A stretch of 64,000 nt of DNA, from the NCBI GenBank assembly GCA_046563655.1, contig CM102284.1:8804001-8868000 (forward strand), written 5' to 3'. The position numbers and the translations under genes were made by a program. Source of the stretch: Yuukianura sp. NJ FZ-2021 (lineage: Eukaryota). Shown in pieces: positions 48,161 to 62,057 of the stretch. The notes beneath the pieces are model-generated. The model saw nothing but the letters and a program-made list of their open reading frames with translations, made no database searches and was not told the DNA's origin. Numbering within the stretch: position 1 is the first letter of the stretch; each line of letters starts with the position of its first letter.

Positions 48161-51100
48161 GAGCATTTGTATAAATGGGCGCTATAATAACCTTGGCTCA
48201 CCTGAGTGTCACTAATGAATAGAAGTGCGATGTAGTTTTAGTTTTGACGCAACGGAGTTTTGGAATGTTAAAACTAATTCAATTTTGGCGCTAAAAAGCT
48301 TGGAACGCCCAATGGCACCACTCTACACTTTCACCGAAGAGCTGCACTTTCACTTGATAGAATTCTGACGAAAAGGTGGCACCAAAGCTACTTAAGTTCA
48401 GATGAAGATGGTTCTGCTTCAGAAAACTTTGTTACATTTTGAGAAAAAAAAATTGAAGTTGTCTGCGGGCATGTTTTAGTCAAGTGGAAAAATATTTGAG
48501 TTTTCACGGAACATTTTCTCCTTCAACTTTCACTTTGCACTAATTCCAGACATTTTCGAAGAAAAAAATTCTGCTTCCAGCTATACTCCAAAGTAATAAA
48601 TTTCTGCTCTCCTTTTTTCAATTGACTTTTTTTCTTGAATTTTCTCCGTGTTCCTGAAAATAAAAAAAAGTTAAGCTCGATTTAACAATTTCGTAATTGT
48701 AAAAACTGGAAAGCATGCCAGAAGCAGTAGATTGTCTGGAAGTTTTTTTTTCGTTTCCTGGAATGTGAAATTCATTCTGATTTGAGTTTTTGAAATTTCT
48801 GAGACTACTATAGAAAACTTTTTTTTTGTGTTTTTGGGTTCACCTGGCCTCGAACCCCCAACCCCCACTCGGCTGGAAGCCACAATCGTCACTCAGCCGC
48901 TGAGGTTTTCCGAGCCTAAAAGGAATTTAATGTTCTCCTCACTTTCTCAACTTCTATTCAAAATAGAGCCTAAACCTCCACAATTCCTGGTTAGGTTAAC
49001 CTAACAATTCTCGGTTTTGGCGGGAAAGTAAAAGTTTTTGAAAAATTTTTAAAACACAGGTCGTTTTGTCCCCGGGAACTTTTTGGAAATTGAAAAGAGA
49101 AAGTTACTTTCACTTTTTTTCGCTGAGTTCCTGTTTTTATCGCCACCACAAAAGAAAACGATAGTAATTTGTTCAACCCGTTTTTAAAGTCGATTTTTTC
49201 AAAAAGTTCCCATACCTTCTGGGTAGGTTCTGTTCTAAAATTCTCTTTTCAAAAAAAAAGTGGAGAAAGTTGAAGATTAACCTCCTGGCGAGCTAACTTT
49301 TGAGTTTGAATCTACGGACTTTTTTCCGCCTAAACTTTATCTTTCGAAATCTTCCAGAATTTTGTCCTAAGTCATTGGTTTAGGGTCGTTAGACTGTCGG
49401 TCGTAAATTTTTTGAACTCTACGTGAAGAGAACGGCACAAGTGCTATACGTTAAGCTCTGCATGTCTCGTCTAACAATTTTTTAACAAGAAAGTTTTCGT
49501 TTTTACTTAAAAAAGAAGTTACAATTGTAAAAAAAATTGACGGGAGAAAGTTTTATAATCGACTGAGTAAATATTCTTGGAGAAAGCAAATTGAGAGAAA
49601 GACGCCGACCAGACTGCAGCAAGTTCCATTTTGGCAATTTTTTTGAATGTGCAAAAAAGTAGACTGGAATTTTTGAAAATAAAAACTTACACGAATACTT
49701 TAAATTCAATTGGTTGGAAATTTTGTACACTTTGAATTGGAAATTCAGAGACTTTCTCCTTTTTTAGATGACTAATGTATCCAGGAAGTGAATTTTTTCG
49801 GAGAAACTCGAATTTGAACCCATTCGTCTTGTGAACTTTTCAAAAAATTGGAAAATTCAAATTTTGAAAACATTTGTTCAAAATAAATTATGGTAACTAG
49901 CTGAACTCAGTTTGAAAAAAGCGGGAGAAATTTAAGAGCTGCGTTTTTACTTAGTATCTTTGCAGTCCTACTTTCTCCCAAATTTTAAAAAGGCGTGCAA
50001 CTTTTAATTCACAATTTCAATTCGCAACTTTTCAAAATTTTGAAACTTCTTATTTTGATTCTAGTTCATTTTTTAGTATTGACTTTCGCCGAAATTTTGA
50101 CTCCAGCGTTTTTTGAAGCGTTGAAATTTGAAAATTGTAAAAAGATGGTGGTTGACAGTTTATGAAAAGAGTTCACTATTGACAAACCGTTCGAATTTCT
50201 GTGCTCTGGAGTTGCAGAGATCATTTTTTCATGCTCTGAAAAGAACAAGTTCAAAGCACAATAGTCAGAAATAAGTGGAAAGTGATACGGAAGAGCCCGG
50301 ATTCCTTTGAAATTGGTTTCTCCCGCACTTTTCCTGTTCAAAATCCAAGACTCCGGTGACAACAAAACCAGAAATGAGGAGCACAGGCGAATATCTTTGT
50401 CATCTCGCAGTATTCAACTCAAAGTTCGCAGAATGATTTTCATCCACCAGGTCTCATTAGGAACTCAAAGAAAAGGAGTCTGCAACTGACAGCATTTGTA
50501 TATTCACCAACTCTACTTTAACTACCGCGTTTTTCTCAATGCTCAAAAACCAATTCAATTCCAATTTTTAAAAAAAGTACACTCTGATCCAAAAGTTTGT
50601 TCCAAGAACTTCATAACTTTCACTGGAAATTCAACTTTCAATTCAAACTGCTATTCAGAATTCAAAATTTGATCAACTTATGTAATAGAATTTTTTTTTT
50701 GATGAAAATCGTACTTTTCTTATTGAGCATTCAGAAAATTGGAAGAAAATGAAGTTTTTTTTTTCAGCAAATTGGGAGAAAGTGAGGTTTTCAACAACTT
50801 TTTTACAACTTTTTTTTTTGAAAACTATTTCAAAAATGGAACGTTGGCAAGAAATTTTGAACTTGAGTTTATATGTATGTATGTTAATGTTATTTTGAAA
50901 AAGACTGCTGCTTATGTCCGTTTGTGTGTCATAACTTTTGATGTTCGCTTTCCCCACTTTCACCCAAGAGCAATTTTTGCTGCTCCGTTTAATTTCAAGT
51001 TCTTCGCTCCCTCCTTTTAGTTTCACAAGTGTTGATTCCTGTTTAGACTCAAATAGCACAAGGATATTGATCCTCCACAACACAAACCAACTCCATTTTT

Positions 51101-51774
51101 TCAAAAACAATCCTATACTGTTAAGGAAATCCCGAAAAACGGCAGTTTTTAGACTTTTTTCAAAATTTCAATCCCGAGAAAGTTTAAGCGACCGATGTAA
51201 GCTCAGGAAAACCTGCAAAGTCGAGATTGTCAGAAAATTGTTTGCAATTTCGCTAAGCGATTCCGCTTTCACTTTCATTGAAGTGAAAAAGAATCGAAAT
51301 TCCTGTTATTTTTGGCGGGAAGAATGAATCCAATGTCGCCAGTGGACAGTGACAGAAAGGAAGTTATGAGAAAGCGGGTAACTCTTTCTTTTGAATTTCA
51401 TTGGGTTGGAAGGGAGCCTTGAACTTTTTCTGTCTGTCTAAACTCCGACTTCTTCTGGATTTTGTTGGTTTAGTGCTGGAAGTAAGTTGGAACTTGAATT
51501 CCAGTTCCAACTTGACCTGCAGTAAGTCCATTTCTGGAAGGAACTTGGAGACACTTTCTCCTAGTCTACTTTGTCTCCATTGTATGGATTCCTTATGACG
51601 ACTTTAGCACAAGAATAGACACACATTCCAAGGACTCCAAGAAGGACTCGCTTCAATTCACTTTGGTCAGTGCTGACCACTGACAATTTTTACAGCCCTC
51701 ATCGACAGGGGCTCTAAAATTACCAACTTTCACACAAAATTTCATCAAATTTCCGCTTATTTCAGAATTCTCCT

Positions 51775-51935
51775 TCTTTCGATTTCTCCAAATTCTGCTT
51801 ACTCCGATTTTTCGAAAATCTTTGATTATTGCGATTTTTTGAAATTCTGCTTACTCCGATTTCTTGAAACTCTGGTTATTCCGATTTTTTTGAAAACGAG
51901 CTGATTCCGATTTTTTGAAATTCTGCTTGTTTCGA
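51775..51935. repeat. Degenerate ~24-bp minisatellite (TCCGATTTTT..GAAATTCTGCTTA)
   Basis: About six imperfect tandem units visible. Confidence 0.6.
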
Positions 51936-53362
51936 GTTTCAAAATTTGTGTTTTTATGAGATGAACTTCAAAAAAACATAATTTTAACCCTACCTAACGT
52001 AAACTTAGGTTTGTCTAAGCAAGTACTGGAGCGTTGAAGAAAGTGCTAAAATTTTATGTCCTTGTGGAAGGAGTAGTTGGGCATGCATACGAAGGGGGTA
52101 CTTAAAGGGGCCCTTGGAATGATGTACTGCATTATTTAAGTAGAGTGTAAAGTGGTACCTAATTAATGATCGCGTGAGGAAGACAAATGTAAAAGTGTCA
52201 AAAGGGAGAAAGTCCTTGGAGAGAAGGAGAGTTGAGACTTAACACTTGAGGCTCAAGGGGACGTAAGTACTACATAGACTTAAGGCCTAACATTCACAAA
52301 GTTAGGGTAGGTTTCTAGGCCTAAGTTATACAAGTTGATTGGATTACAAATCAGGAGCCTTGGGCCCTTAAGGGTCCCCCAGAAAACGAGTCAAGGGAAC
52401 GGAAATCCCGTCATTTCTCAAATTCAAAGTTACTAGTACCAAGGCCATTAGACTCAAAACTTACCAAAAAGTTAAGAATTTTCAAGGTTTTTGGCAAAAT
52501 TTTAAACACCAAAAACTTTCTCCAAGATTTTCAAAATTTACTGCTGCCCTGCTTTTCAACCAATCAGGAGCTCGTGTTTACTCTGAAGAGAAAGTGGTGT
52601 TGTTTCTCCAGTTGATTAATTAGAAATGTATGAATTCGTACATTTGTAATTAATCAACACCTTGCTCTTTAGTGCTAAACACGTACTAGTCCATTCACCT
52701 CACATTTCCATTTCCCCCAAGGACTCTGTGGTTTTAGAATCAAATGAACTCTCTAAACCTTTGATTTCCCGCGCTTTCATTCTAATCCATTTCACTCTAA
52801 CGTAACCAAATGTTAACCTAATGTTAACCTAACTTTAGCCTAACTCTATATCTATCATATGTCACTTCTAATTTATTTCATTAGCATCAACATCCAAACA
52901 CTTTCACCCTCCAAAACCCATCAAGTCACTCTTAAAAGCTTAACCTTTCTATTTAAATCCAAGTTTATCAAATTACCGTAATTTGTCTCATTAGAGCCCA
53001 GGGAGCTGTAATCACATTTTCAAATTTCACGGCACTTTCACTCAATCTAACTGCTTTTACTCTTGTTAAGTTTTAAGTGAGAGTTAATAAGTAGTAGATT
53101 AGTTGCTAATTTTTTTTATCTGCCTGAAGTTCATTATTGGAACAACTACGGTACTTTGAGAAAAGGCAGCGAAGCTTTTAAGTGCTTATTTGGCAATGCT
53201 AATTTTAGAAAGTGGGTTTTACTTTAAGTCAAATGAAGCGTTCTCCTTTCTCTGTCAATTCGAATTGACTTTTCGTATAAATAATTCACAGGTCCTGATC
53301 AATTTTTAGGCTCAAACGGAGCTCCACTACTCCAGGCAAGGTTTGTTGGCTTTTGATTATAT

Positions 53363-53560
53363 TTAACAGGTTGTATAATCCCTCATGTTTTTTCGATTTT
53401 GCAAAGAAAAGTTTCTTATCATTTCGGAGCACCGTAGTCATACCAATACAGCTAATTTTTTTAAATTTTGCATACGAATTGTTTTGGATTTTTACTAAAT
53501 TGATACTAATTTTGTTTTTGTTTTTTTTTTGTCAACCGAGGTAGTAACTCAACCTGTTAA
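53363..53560. mobile_element. MITE family C copy (~200 bp, TTAA-bounded)
   Basis: TTAACAGGTTG ... CAACCTGTTAA termini; interior is the reverse complement of 62058-62261 (CCTCATGTTTTTTCGATTTTGCAA). Confidence 0.75.
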
Positions 53561-55985
53561 ATAAAATTAACTATTCGTTGTCAAGGAACCTTGATTCCAG
53601 GTGCTTCGAGTTAGGCTGAGTTTCAGAAAGTTAGGCTAGTTAGGTTATGTTTGAGCTTAGGTTAGGCTAACTTTCACGTCAGGTTGGAGAAAGTAAAGCA
53701 AAAAAGACAAAGGAAGTTGTTAACAAGGAAGACGGTGAGCGATGGTAGTCAAATATTTGCAGTTTGATGGACTAGACTCTCAGAGGGCCAGTAAAGACAA
53801 AAGTGAAACCTCTATTTACTCAAAGAGACACACGGGTTGAAATCAAATGAGCAACTGACTCCACGGTGACCTTTGACCTCTGCTCAATTAACTCTAACTG
53901 AAGGTGATGATGCTATGCAAAGCAGGATTTTAATTAAAACGAGTTTCATAATAGCAATTTCATTTTGGTGGAAATTTTGTACTAAAAACTGACTCAACTT
54001 TTTATTGCTCAACTGATGAGCTGAAGGTGATTTGGAAATTTCAGGAGAAAAGTGACTTAATTAAAAGTTATGAACAACACCCACTTCTCATGTTGTTAAT
54101 AAAACTCCAAATTTTTATAAAAACTGCAATTTTGAAGTTTTTTTTTTGAAAATCGCTTGCTTTATCAAAAAACTAAAGTCTATTTGTAATTTTGGCCAAT
54201 AATAAGTTATGAAAGAGGAAGTTTTAATTCTTGTTTTCCAACTAAAAATGTTGTAGTTTTTGGAATTGTAGGTGCGTGCATACGTCTATAATCCTGGTTT
54301 AGAACAATAGCTGCACAAATGCTTACGTCTATAATAGTAGTTTTTAGTCTTTTAGTTACTTTTAGTAACTAGTGAAAGCTTAATAATTGGGGTTGATGTG
54401 CCTCGAGGGGAAAGTGAGCAACTTTCTCAGCTGAAAATTAATTATTCAATCCCTCTCATCCTCTCCGTCAAACTCAAATTATTACACAACCTTCAATTCT
54501 CAAAAAACTCTATAGTCTCAGTTTCAAAATTTTATGAAATTTTGGCTTTCTGAAAATAATACAACTAATGCAACAACAGTCAGTCGGCTTCAGTGAACTT
54601 TTTTTTCTCATAAATTCTTACGGGATTTCCTGCACAAAATTTAGAGAGTGGCGTAAAAAAAATTACCTTGGATTCTTTTTTTCACAGCGATGGAGATGAT
54701 TTTCGGCGTTGATGCTTCACAAAAATTTTAAACTCAAAATGAAATTGTAACTTTTGGAGTTTTTTTTTTTTGAAAAAGAAGAACTGTTGAACCGAATTTT
54801 CTGAAACTCGTCGTTGAAACACTGAGCCTTGCTGTTCTCTTCCAGCTCAAAACTGACACTGAGCAGTTCCTTTGCTTTCTCCTCGAATTTTCTCTGCCTA
54901 ACCAGAACCAGTTCCAATTTTTACTATTGAACAGAGTAGAAAGCTTTCTCTTCTAAAGTCTGCTTATATGGCCAGAAATGTACACCGTGATCCGAAATTT
55001 GGATCCGAACAGAAAAATTATTGCATTTTGCCCAAAAAATTGCTTCACATTCTTGAAAGTTGCGTATATCTCCTTAGAAGTTTCACATTTTTTGCCAAAT
55101 TTCTACTTAATAAAAATCTCTTGAATTAAGAAGAAGTCAAAATTCAAAAATTTAGACTTGGATTTTTTAAGTTTGCTTACAAACTAAATTTTTTTTGTTA
55201 AAAGTTAGACCAACTAACACTTCAAGAGCAGAAAATATGAACTTTTGGACCATGGTGTACTTTAGTTATTCCACAGAGGTTCCACCGCCTTCTTCCAAGG
55301 TTAGCAAAGTCCGAGGATTAGGTGGACCATGGCTCCCATACAAAACGAGCAGCCTTTTGAACACCATAATGAAACTTTCCCTTTGCTTTATGGAAAAATA
55401 AGCTTCCATTTTCCTTCTCCAAGAAAAGTCACTGCTCTCACCGACTTTTTCAATTTCAAATCCTCCCTCCTTTCACTAAATACTTTCCGCAAGAGGATGG
55501 TTCATTTTTAGTTAAAAAGAGAAAGAACTCCAAGGACTTAGACTCCAAATCCTATTGATTTCTTTTATAAACACACTTTGACGCCTTCCCATTCTCCAAA
55601 CTTACTATAATAAGGAATGAAAAGCAAAAGAAAGCAAGAGACTCAAAAAAAAGAAAAAATCGGAATTAATTGTGTTAAGAAATGGAACAAAAGTTTTGAA
55701 AACTGAGAGAAAGTGATTACGTCCTCGCTGTTATTAAAAAAATAGAAAGTTTCGTTGTTCTCGTTTACACAAAACTTTGAATCTGTTCAATCGTAACTCC
55801 AAATGCGCAGTGCAAGTGAAAGTAACAAAAAACTTTCTTTCGTTTTTTAGAAAAATACAGAAGTGAAAAAGTGAAAGTCCAAGTTTCACTCGCATGCAGC
55901 TTTTCAAGTTCTTCAGGTTGAGAAAAGTTTGTTTATTTTTTTCCAGGAGCTTGAGGATGGCATTTCTAATGCTTTTCCAGTTTTT

Positions 55986-56054
55986 GGTTAGGTTAGGTTA
56001 GGTTATGTTAGGGTTTAGGCTAACCTAACCTAACCTAGCCTAACCTAACCTAAC
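55986..56054. repeat. Inverted (TTAGG)n/(CCTAA)n tract
   Basis: GGTTAGGTTAGGTTAGGTTATGTTAGGGTTTAGG is followed directly by CTAACCTAACCTAACCTAGCCTAACCTAACCTAAC. Confidence 0.75.
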
Positions 56055-59000
56055 TCAGTTTTTGACTTTTGAAAAACTAAAAAGAAAGTTGCTTTTCTGT
56101 AACTCTGATCTCCGCATGTGTAAGGAGTCTTCAAAATTTCTAAAAATGCAGATGGAAATGTCTTTATGAGGAGTCGTGAAAGCTGAAATCGAAAAGTACG
56201 GAAGTCACCGTCCTTATTTTATGTTTTCTCCAAAAGTTTTGAAGTTGAGGCCATTAGTGAAACTGGGCACAAGAACTTTCTGCAAAAGCCGAACTTTCTG
56301 CAGGTTCTGAAGCGTCTGTGTGCCCTTGAAAGTTTAATCCAAGGGCTCCAAGGGCACAGGGACCATTTGCGAGCCTTGGAATAACTAAAGGAAATGACTC
56401 AAAATCTCTCATAACTTTTCTAGGGCCAGTCGTAAGTGACCTCCGAAACCAAAAAACTTTCACGCATGCTCTGTTTGCAGAAAAAGTTACTTTCACTCAT
56501 GCGAAACGCAGGAAGCCAGGGAGGCAGAAAAGAGTCATAATTTAACAAAATTCGGTGTAAAACTTAAAAAATTCACTTTTTATCTAACTTTCATCAAAAA
56601 ATGTTCATGTTTTTTAAAAAAGGTATCCCTTTTGTTAGGAATTTTTAAAAATCTTGCTTCAAAGTAAGCGTCTGTCCATGACGCACGGAGTCAGTTACTG
56701 CAGAGATCATTAGAAAAAATTCGGAGTTTGATGGCTGATTCCCGGGCGATTTGGGAACCCTGCAGCGAGCTTCAGACGATCACGTTTAAACGATTCCACA
56801 AAAGTTCTACGATCGCTTTTTTTTGTCAGAAAAGTTTTCGAATGAAAATTCTCGTTTTTTGAAAATTTGTAGAAGTCGGAGAGAAAGTTTGAGCGTTTGT
56901 AAGTAAGTAGGAGGATGTTCTTGTTTGTTAGGGAGAAAGTAATTCAGCATTTGTGGTTTACGTAGTTTGAAACACACAAGTATTCCCGAACCTCCACTTT
57001 GGGACTTAAGGAGAAAGTAATTTATGAGACCCAAAATCGTTCCTTTTTACCCCGAATCGGGCACTAGACTTCTTTTTCCTAAAATTTATTAGAAAACCTG
57101 TGCCCTTCTGTCCTAAACTCAACTAAATTCTAAATTGTAGTTACTCCCTCCATGATAATGGCCACCAAAGAGGTCCCAGTGGACACACTTCCACAATCCT
57201 TATGCTTTTGGTTTTTGGCGTGTTCCGGAATCTGGGTTTCACGTTAGGTTAACCTAGTTTTGTAGTTTAAAATCCGAAATCTAAGGCTTATTTCCTGTGG
57301 GAACCTTCCATCCGGTTCGGTTCTGTCGATAAAGCCTCAAACAAACTGAAATCTGGAGTTTCTTGACAAATTTTGAATCTACCACATTTTTTTTTTCAAA
57401 AATTTGTCGAAAATTTCTCAAATTACCAGATTTTTTCGAAAAAATCTGTACAGCAAGGTCAGGTATATGTCAAAGCCATTGTGCAGCGGAGCGGAACGTA
57501 AAAAGGCATTAGTCTTAGGATTCATTTTTCATCCGGTTTTGATTGTCTCCTGTCCGCTTCATTGTTCTTAAGCATGTCCACTTTTTTTTTGGAAGAAATG
57601 ACTTGGGTGGGAATCGAACTCACATCTCCCCAGTGGACTTGATGCTACAGGAACCACTGCGTCTCCAGACTATCAATCTTCGTTTAGTCCAAATTGTTGG
57701 TCAGACATTGACCTAAAACTTCCCCTGGTCAGGGGAGAGGGGTCAGTGTTTTTTTTTTGGTTGAGGGAGGGGGGGGGGTACTTAAGGGGTCATCCCTCAT
57801 CGTAGAGACAAGGAAATGTGCTGTGGAAAGACGAACAAGCTCCATTTGTTTTGACAACTGACGAATCTGACCCATAAAACTTTCATCTCCACTTAAGCAG
57901 CTTCCGCAGCCCTGCACTTTCTCTAAGATTTGACTTTCCGGGATAAAAATTCGGCGGGAATGGCTGGAGAAGCACGTAGGGCCCCTGGGCCCTTAATCCA
58001 CTGCAGTCAGGGCCCAGAAAACCCGGGTTTTCCGGGTTAACGAAAGTGTGTCTTTGGTTGTACTGAAACGGAAGGTTCCAAAGAGATTTCTTAGGATTAG
58101 TGTGTCTTCTCCTAAACGAGAACATGATCTGCTTGACACGACCTTTGTTCTTAACAAATCCCGTTGGAAAAACTACAAATTGGAAGCATCTGAAATCAAA
58201 AACTGACTTTTTCTGTTCAGTTTTTTAAAAAAACGACAGAAAAAATGAAAAACTGATGATTGTGTCTCGGTTTCAGCAAAAATATAACGAGCGAGTGCAG
58301 CTTTCTTTTCAAAATCATTGCTTTCATGTTTTTTTTTAAAGAAAGTCTGAGAAAACCTGAACGTGGTACTTAACTTTTTGTTTTTTCTTTTGTCAAACTT
58401 TTTCTCGTTTTGCGCAAGAAAATTACAAGAAGTGGTTTTTGGAAACTCTACACGCCAAATTCTTGCGAAATTTCATCTCTTCCTGTGTAGTTGACTTAGA
58501 AGTTTCGTAAATGTTGGATTTTTTTTTCTTGTGAAGGTTAACAAGGCATGCAAGAAGTTTGATACACCAAAATCTCTTGCAAAAGTGATTTGATAAGTTG
58601 CGTTTTTACGTTTTCGAGACACGAAGGTCACGCCGGAATGAAATCTGATAAAATCTGGAGGAATTGCGAAAATAAGAGAAAGTTGCGACTGAAAGGTAGA
58701 AAAAATGTGACAAGGTAAAGGTGACCTCGTTTTTTATGAGTTGACCTCAATCTTAACTATTTTTTCAACAACTAAATGAAAAAAAAATTAAGCTAAATTT
58801 TTTCCTAATTTTACAATACCGACACAACGAAATTGCTCAACTTGTGAAAATCACGTAGTCTTAAAATAAAGTTACAAAATGTTTGCAGCGAGATTGAACT
58901 TCCTAAAAGTCAAAATTTTCAAAATTTTGATTTTTTTTTTCTGAAATGTTAGTCGTTTGGGCATATAATGTGACAGGAGGGGTGTTTGACATGATGGATG

Positions 59001-59160
59001 ACTTGGCAAACACTTTTTTGTTTAGTTGTGATAAGATCTACTCAAACGGCGACACTTCAGTTTGAGTCATGATCCAAAACATCGCTAGGTTACAATTTTA
59101 TGGAGTTATTCAAGCACTACTCTTTGCCTTTGGATATCTTCCAGATCCAGACACTACGAA

Positions 59161-59496
59161 GGTTCCATGTCATTGCTCCGAATGAATTGCTCCGAAACTC
59201 GATTTCTCCGAAATACTCTTGTATACTACTATCGACAGGAAATTCTTCTAAAAAATCCAACACTCTGGTGGGATTTCAGTTTTTCTTTCGGTATGGCCTA
59301 ACCTAGCCTTGTGACTAACCTAGCCTAACCATACTAACTTTACAATTTAGAAAAACGTAGATTAGGCTATGTATATGTAAATGTAAATGAATTCAATATT
59401 GGAGCATCTAGTTTTTAGGAGCAATTTACCTTTCGCAACAATTGGTGTCGTGCCAATTCTTTCGGAGCAATTCGTTCGGAGAAATGTCATTCTACC
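59161..59496. mobile_element. MITE family B, uninterrupted copy
   Basis: Imperfect ~35-bp TIR GGTTCCATGTCATTGCTCCGAATGAATTGCTCCGAA / TTCGGAGCAATTCGTTCGGAGAAATGTCATTCTACC. Confidence 0.7.
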
Positions 59497-59695
59497 GTGA
59501 AAAGGCAGAACTCAAATTAGCACCATCATTCTTAGATGCGATGACTTCTAGGCTAATGTTGAGGAATAAAATGAAACTCCTAGGATCGAAATATTGTAGA
59601 ATCTAAATGCAGTTTATTTGATCATGATTGATAGGATAAAAGTTGAGAACTCTTGTTTGAACTGTCCTTGTTCTTGTTATTTTTTCAATTTATGT

Positions 59696-59992
59696 TCACT
59701 TGCAGTAAGCTGAAGAACGAGTGCATGATCCGCCGCTAAAACCATGAGCACGGCAGCACTGGGCGATTTCCGGAGCAGTACGGCCGCAGTCAACGCTGCA
59801 TGCTGCGCTGTAGCTGGAACCTTCAGTGACTCCTGCAAAGCGTTACAAATATTTTTATATTTTGAGCAGCATTGCCGGAATTAGAGATTTCTAAATTTTA
59901 AATTTAGATTTGTGAAGACAAAGTGACTTACCAATGGCCACAACTCCAACGCAGACCAAGACGGCCAAGAACACGAAAAGTTTTGAAGCCAT
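59696..59992 (-). CDS. Diapausin-like secreted cysteine-rich antimicrobial peptide (65 aa); exons 59992-59932 and 59832-59696
   Basis: Spliced product MASKLFVFLAVLVCVGVVAIGVTEGSSYSAACSVDCGRTAPEIAQCCRAHGFSGGSCTRSSAYCK*. Signal peptide, six Cys in the mature part with C-x3-C-x9-CC spacing, and the CCRAHG motif of diapausin. GTAAG/CAG phase-1 intron, TATA/Inr upstream, AATAAA downstream. Confidence 0.9.
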
Positions 59993-60055
59993 TTCGTTTT
60001 GAAGTGAAAGCGAGTTTTGAATTTTCAGAAAAGTTTGGTTTTCGAAAGCAATCGT

Positions 60056-60092
60056 ACTGATATTTACCAGAGTCGAAGCGGGTGGTTTTATA
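60056..60092 (-). promoter_or_regulatory. TATA box (TATAAAA 60092-60086) and arthropod initiator (TCAGT 60060-60056) of the diapausin-like gene
   Basis: Consensus motifs about 30 bp apart, ~65 nt upstream of the ATG. Confidence 0.65.
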
Positions 60093-62057
60093 CCAAATGG
60101 AGAGATAATTGGTCATACAGTTTTAATTTTGGAAGGAAGTTGGAAAAACTTACATACTTTCTCCATTTAGCTTGTCTACAAAATTGATAATTCTAAAAAT
60201 AGACAAATTGTAATGATGTCGTCTAATAGAGATTTACTTAGGTTAGTGTTAATTGGTAAAACTGGTATTAACCAATGTATGTTGCAATGCTAATGAGCTC
60301 AACATTTCTTCAACCAGCGCAAGTCACATTTTGTACAATTTCGTTTCAGATGTATTTGTTTGCGAACTAAAATAAGTTTTACTCCAAATTTTGTTAGCAT
60401 AAAAATTTTTGCTCCTCATCCAGCATTTTCTAAATCAGGATTTTGTTGAATGTTAGGTTCATAAAGAACTGAAATGTTGAACTTTCACCGCCTCTTCCTG
60501 TAAACATTACGTTTTTGGTTAGGTTATGCCTAGGTTGATAACAAATTCAAAGTGACACAGAAATCCGGAGATAACTGTATCTATTCATGACATCCTGGAA
60601 TCAGACACACGTCAAAAAAGTGTTAAAACTTTGTTCTAAACTAAAAAATTTTAGAACAAGAACTTTTTTAAACAAGAGAAAGTTTTTACTCAAAATGAGA
60701 ATCTCGGAGAAAGTAGTTTTTAATTTTCAAGAGAGAGTCAAACACTTCAGAGACTCAGGTTTAACTTTAATTTGTAACTTTTTACAACTATTTCGACACA
60801 CTTTGGGACGCACGAGTGGAATTTACACGATTTCCAACATTTTTTTTGAAACAAAGAGGATTTTCAAAAAAAAAAGTTTCTGACAAGAATTTCAGCGATT
60901 TATACTTGTGCTGAGAGTTAAACCAGGCTTTCCTTTTTTGAAATTTTAAAACTAGAAATTCGGATTTGAATTTTCTTTGTATCTTGAATAAAATGTGAAA
61001 AAGATTTCTATCAGGATGAGTAGAACACGCTGACGCGTGGGTTTTTTTTTCTTCCAATTTTTCAAAAAATTTGAAAAATTCTTGTTTTCTCCATGCCATA
61101 AATTCGTAACATGTCGACAAGGCCAAGGAAAGGAAAAAAGAAAGTAGGTCTCGGTAGCACATTCATTCTTTTTGTCACACAAAAAACATAAAACCAAAAC
61201 AAGAAAAAGATTCATGAATTTTTGAAAAAAGGCACAAACTCCTCAAAACCTCACGTAACCACCAGAATACCAATTTGGACCAACCAAGATGATATACTCG
61301 TAATGCAGTTTGGTACGCAGGGAAAGTCTTTTCTTCCATTTTTTCAAAAAAATCCAAAAAGTTTCAAAAAATTTGAGACCTTGAACCGTGAAATTATTCC
61401 TTGAAGCGTAAGTTCTCCAGAGAATGCTGAAGAAGCTTTTTTTCGTTTAAAAAGTAGACTTTCGGTTCACTTTCGACTAGATTTTGGATGGGAAAATATG
61501 AAACCAGAAAAGCATGAACAAAATGGATGAGAAACTGAAATTGAGAACCTAAAACCTAACTTTCTCTTTCCTTTTTTAGCTAAAAGTGAAAGTTCGGCTA
61601 GGTTAGGTAAGAAAGTGAGGAGAAAGTGAAAGAAGTAAGTAAAAGTTGTGACTGATTCCAAAAATTTAATTTACCTCTTGCATTTATCATCATAAAAGTC
61701 AGACTTCCTTACCTTAAAGATTTATGGACTTTTGCAGTTTTTCCCAGAAGACACTTTCTCTCGCTACTTAAACCTTAAAAACTATGTTGCACCTCTAACG
61801 AACTAAGGAAGAGACAATGGAACTGAAATTCAATCAGAATCCGGGTCTCGAAATTTTGAAAAAATGCTAATTTGAAAATCTGAAATTGAATTTCAATCTC
61901 CACTTGCTTCCAGAGAAGTTGGGATTTCCCACGTCCGGATTCACCCATCACTGATTTTGATTTACAGCGTGTGTTACAGTGACTTTGACCTTGACCTTGA
62001 GAGTTATGGACCAAGATTCCTTGCAAACGAACCTTGACAACGAAACGTTAATTTTCT

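Noticed and set aside
57601-57665. tRNA-like fragment (minus strand GTGAGTTCGATTCCCAC, B-box/T-arm)
   Set aside because: I could not build a cloverleaf or convincing A-box; at most a decayed tRNA-derived SINE.
48300-59100. Many 60-145 aa Phe/Lys-rich ORFs
   Set aside because: Composition mirrors A/T-tract non-coding DNA; no consistent exon chain or recognisable domain.
59928-60116. 62-aa ORF MTNYLSIW...
   Set aside because: Wrong frame; it overlaps the promoter and signal-peptide exon of the diapausin-like gene.
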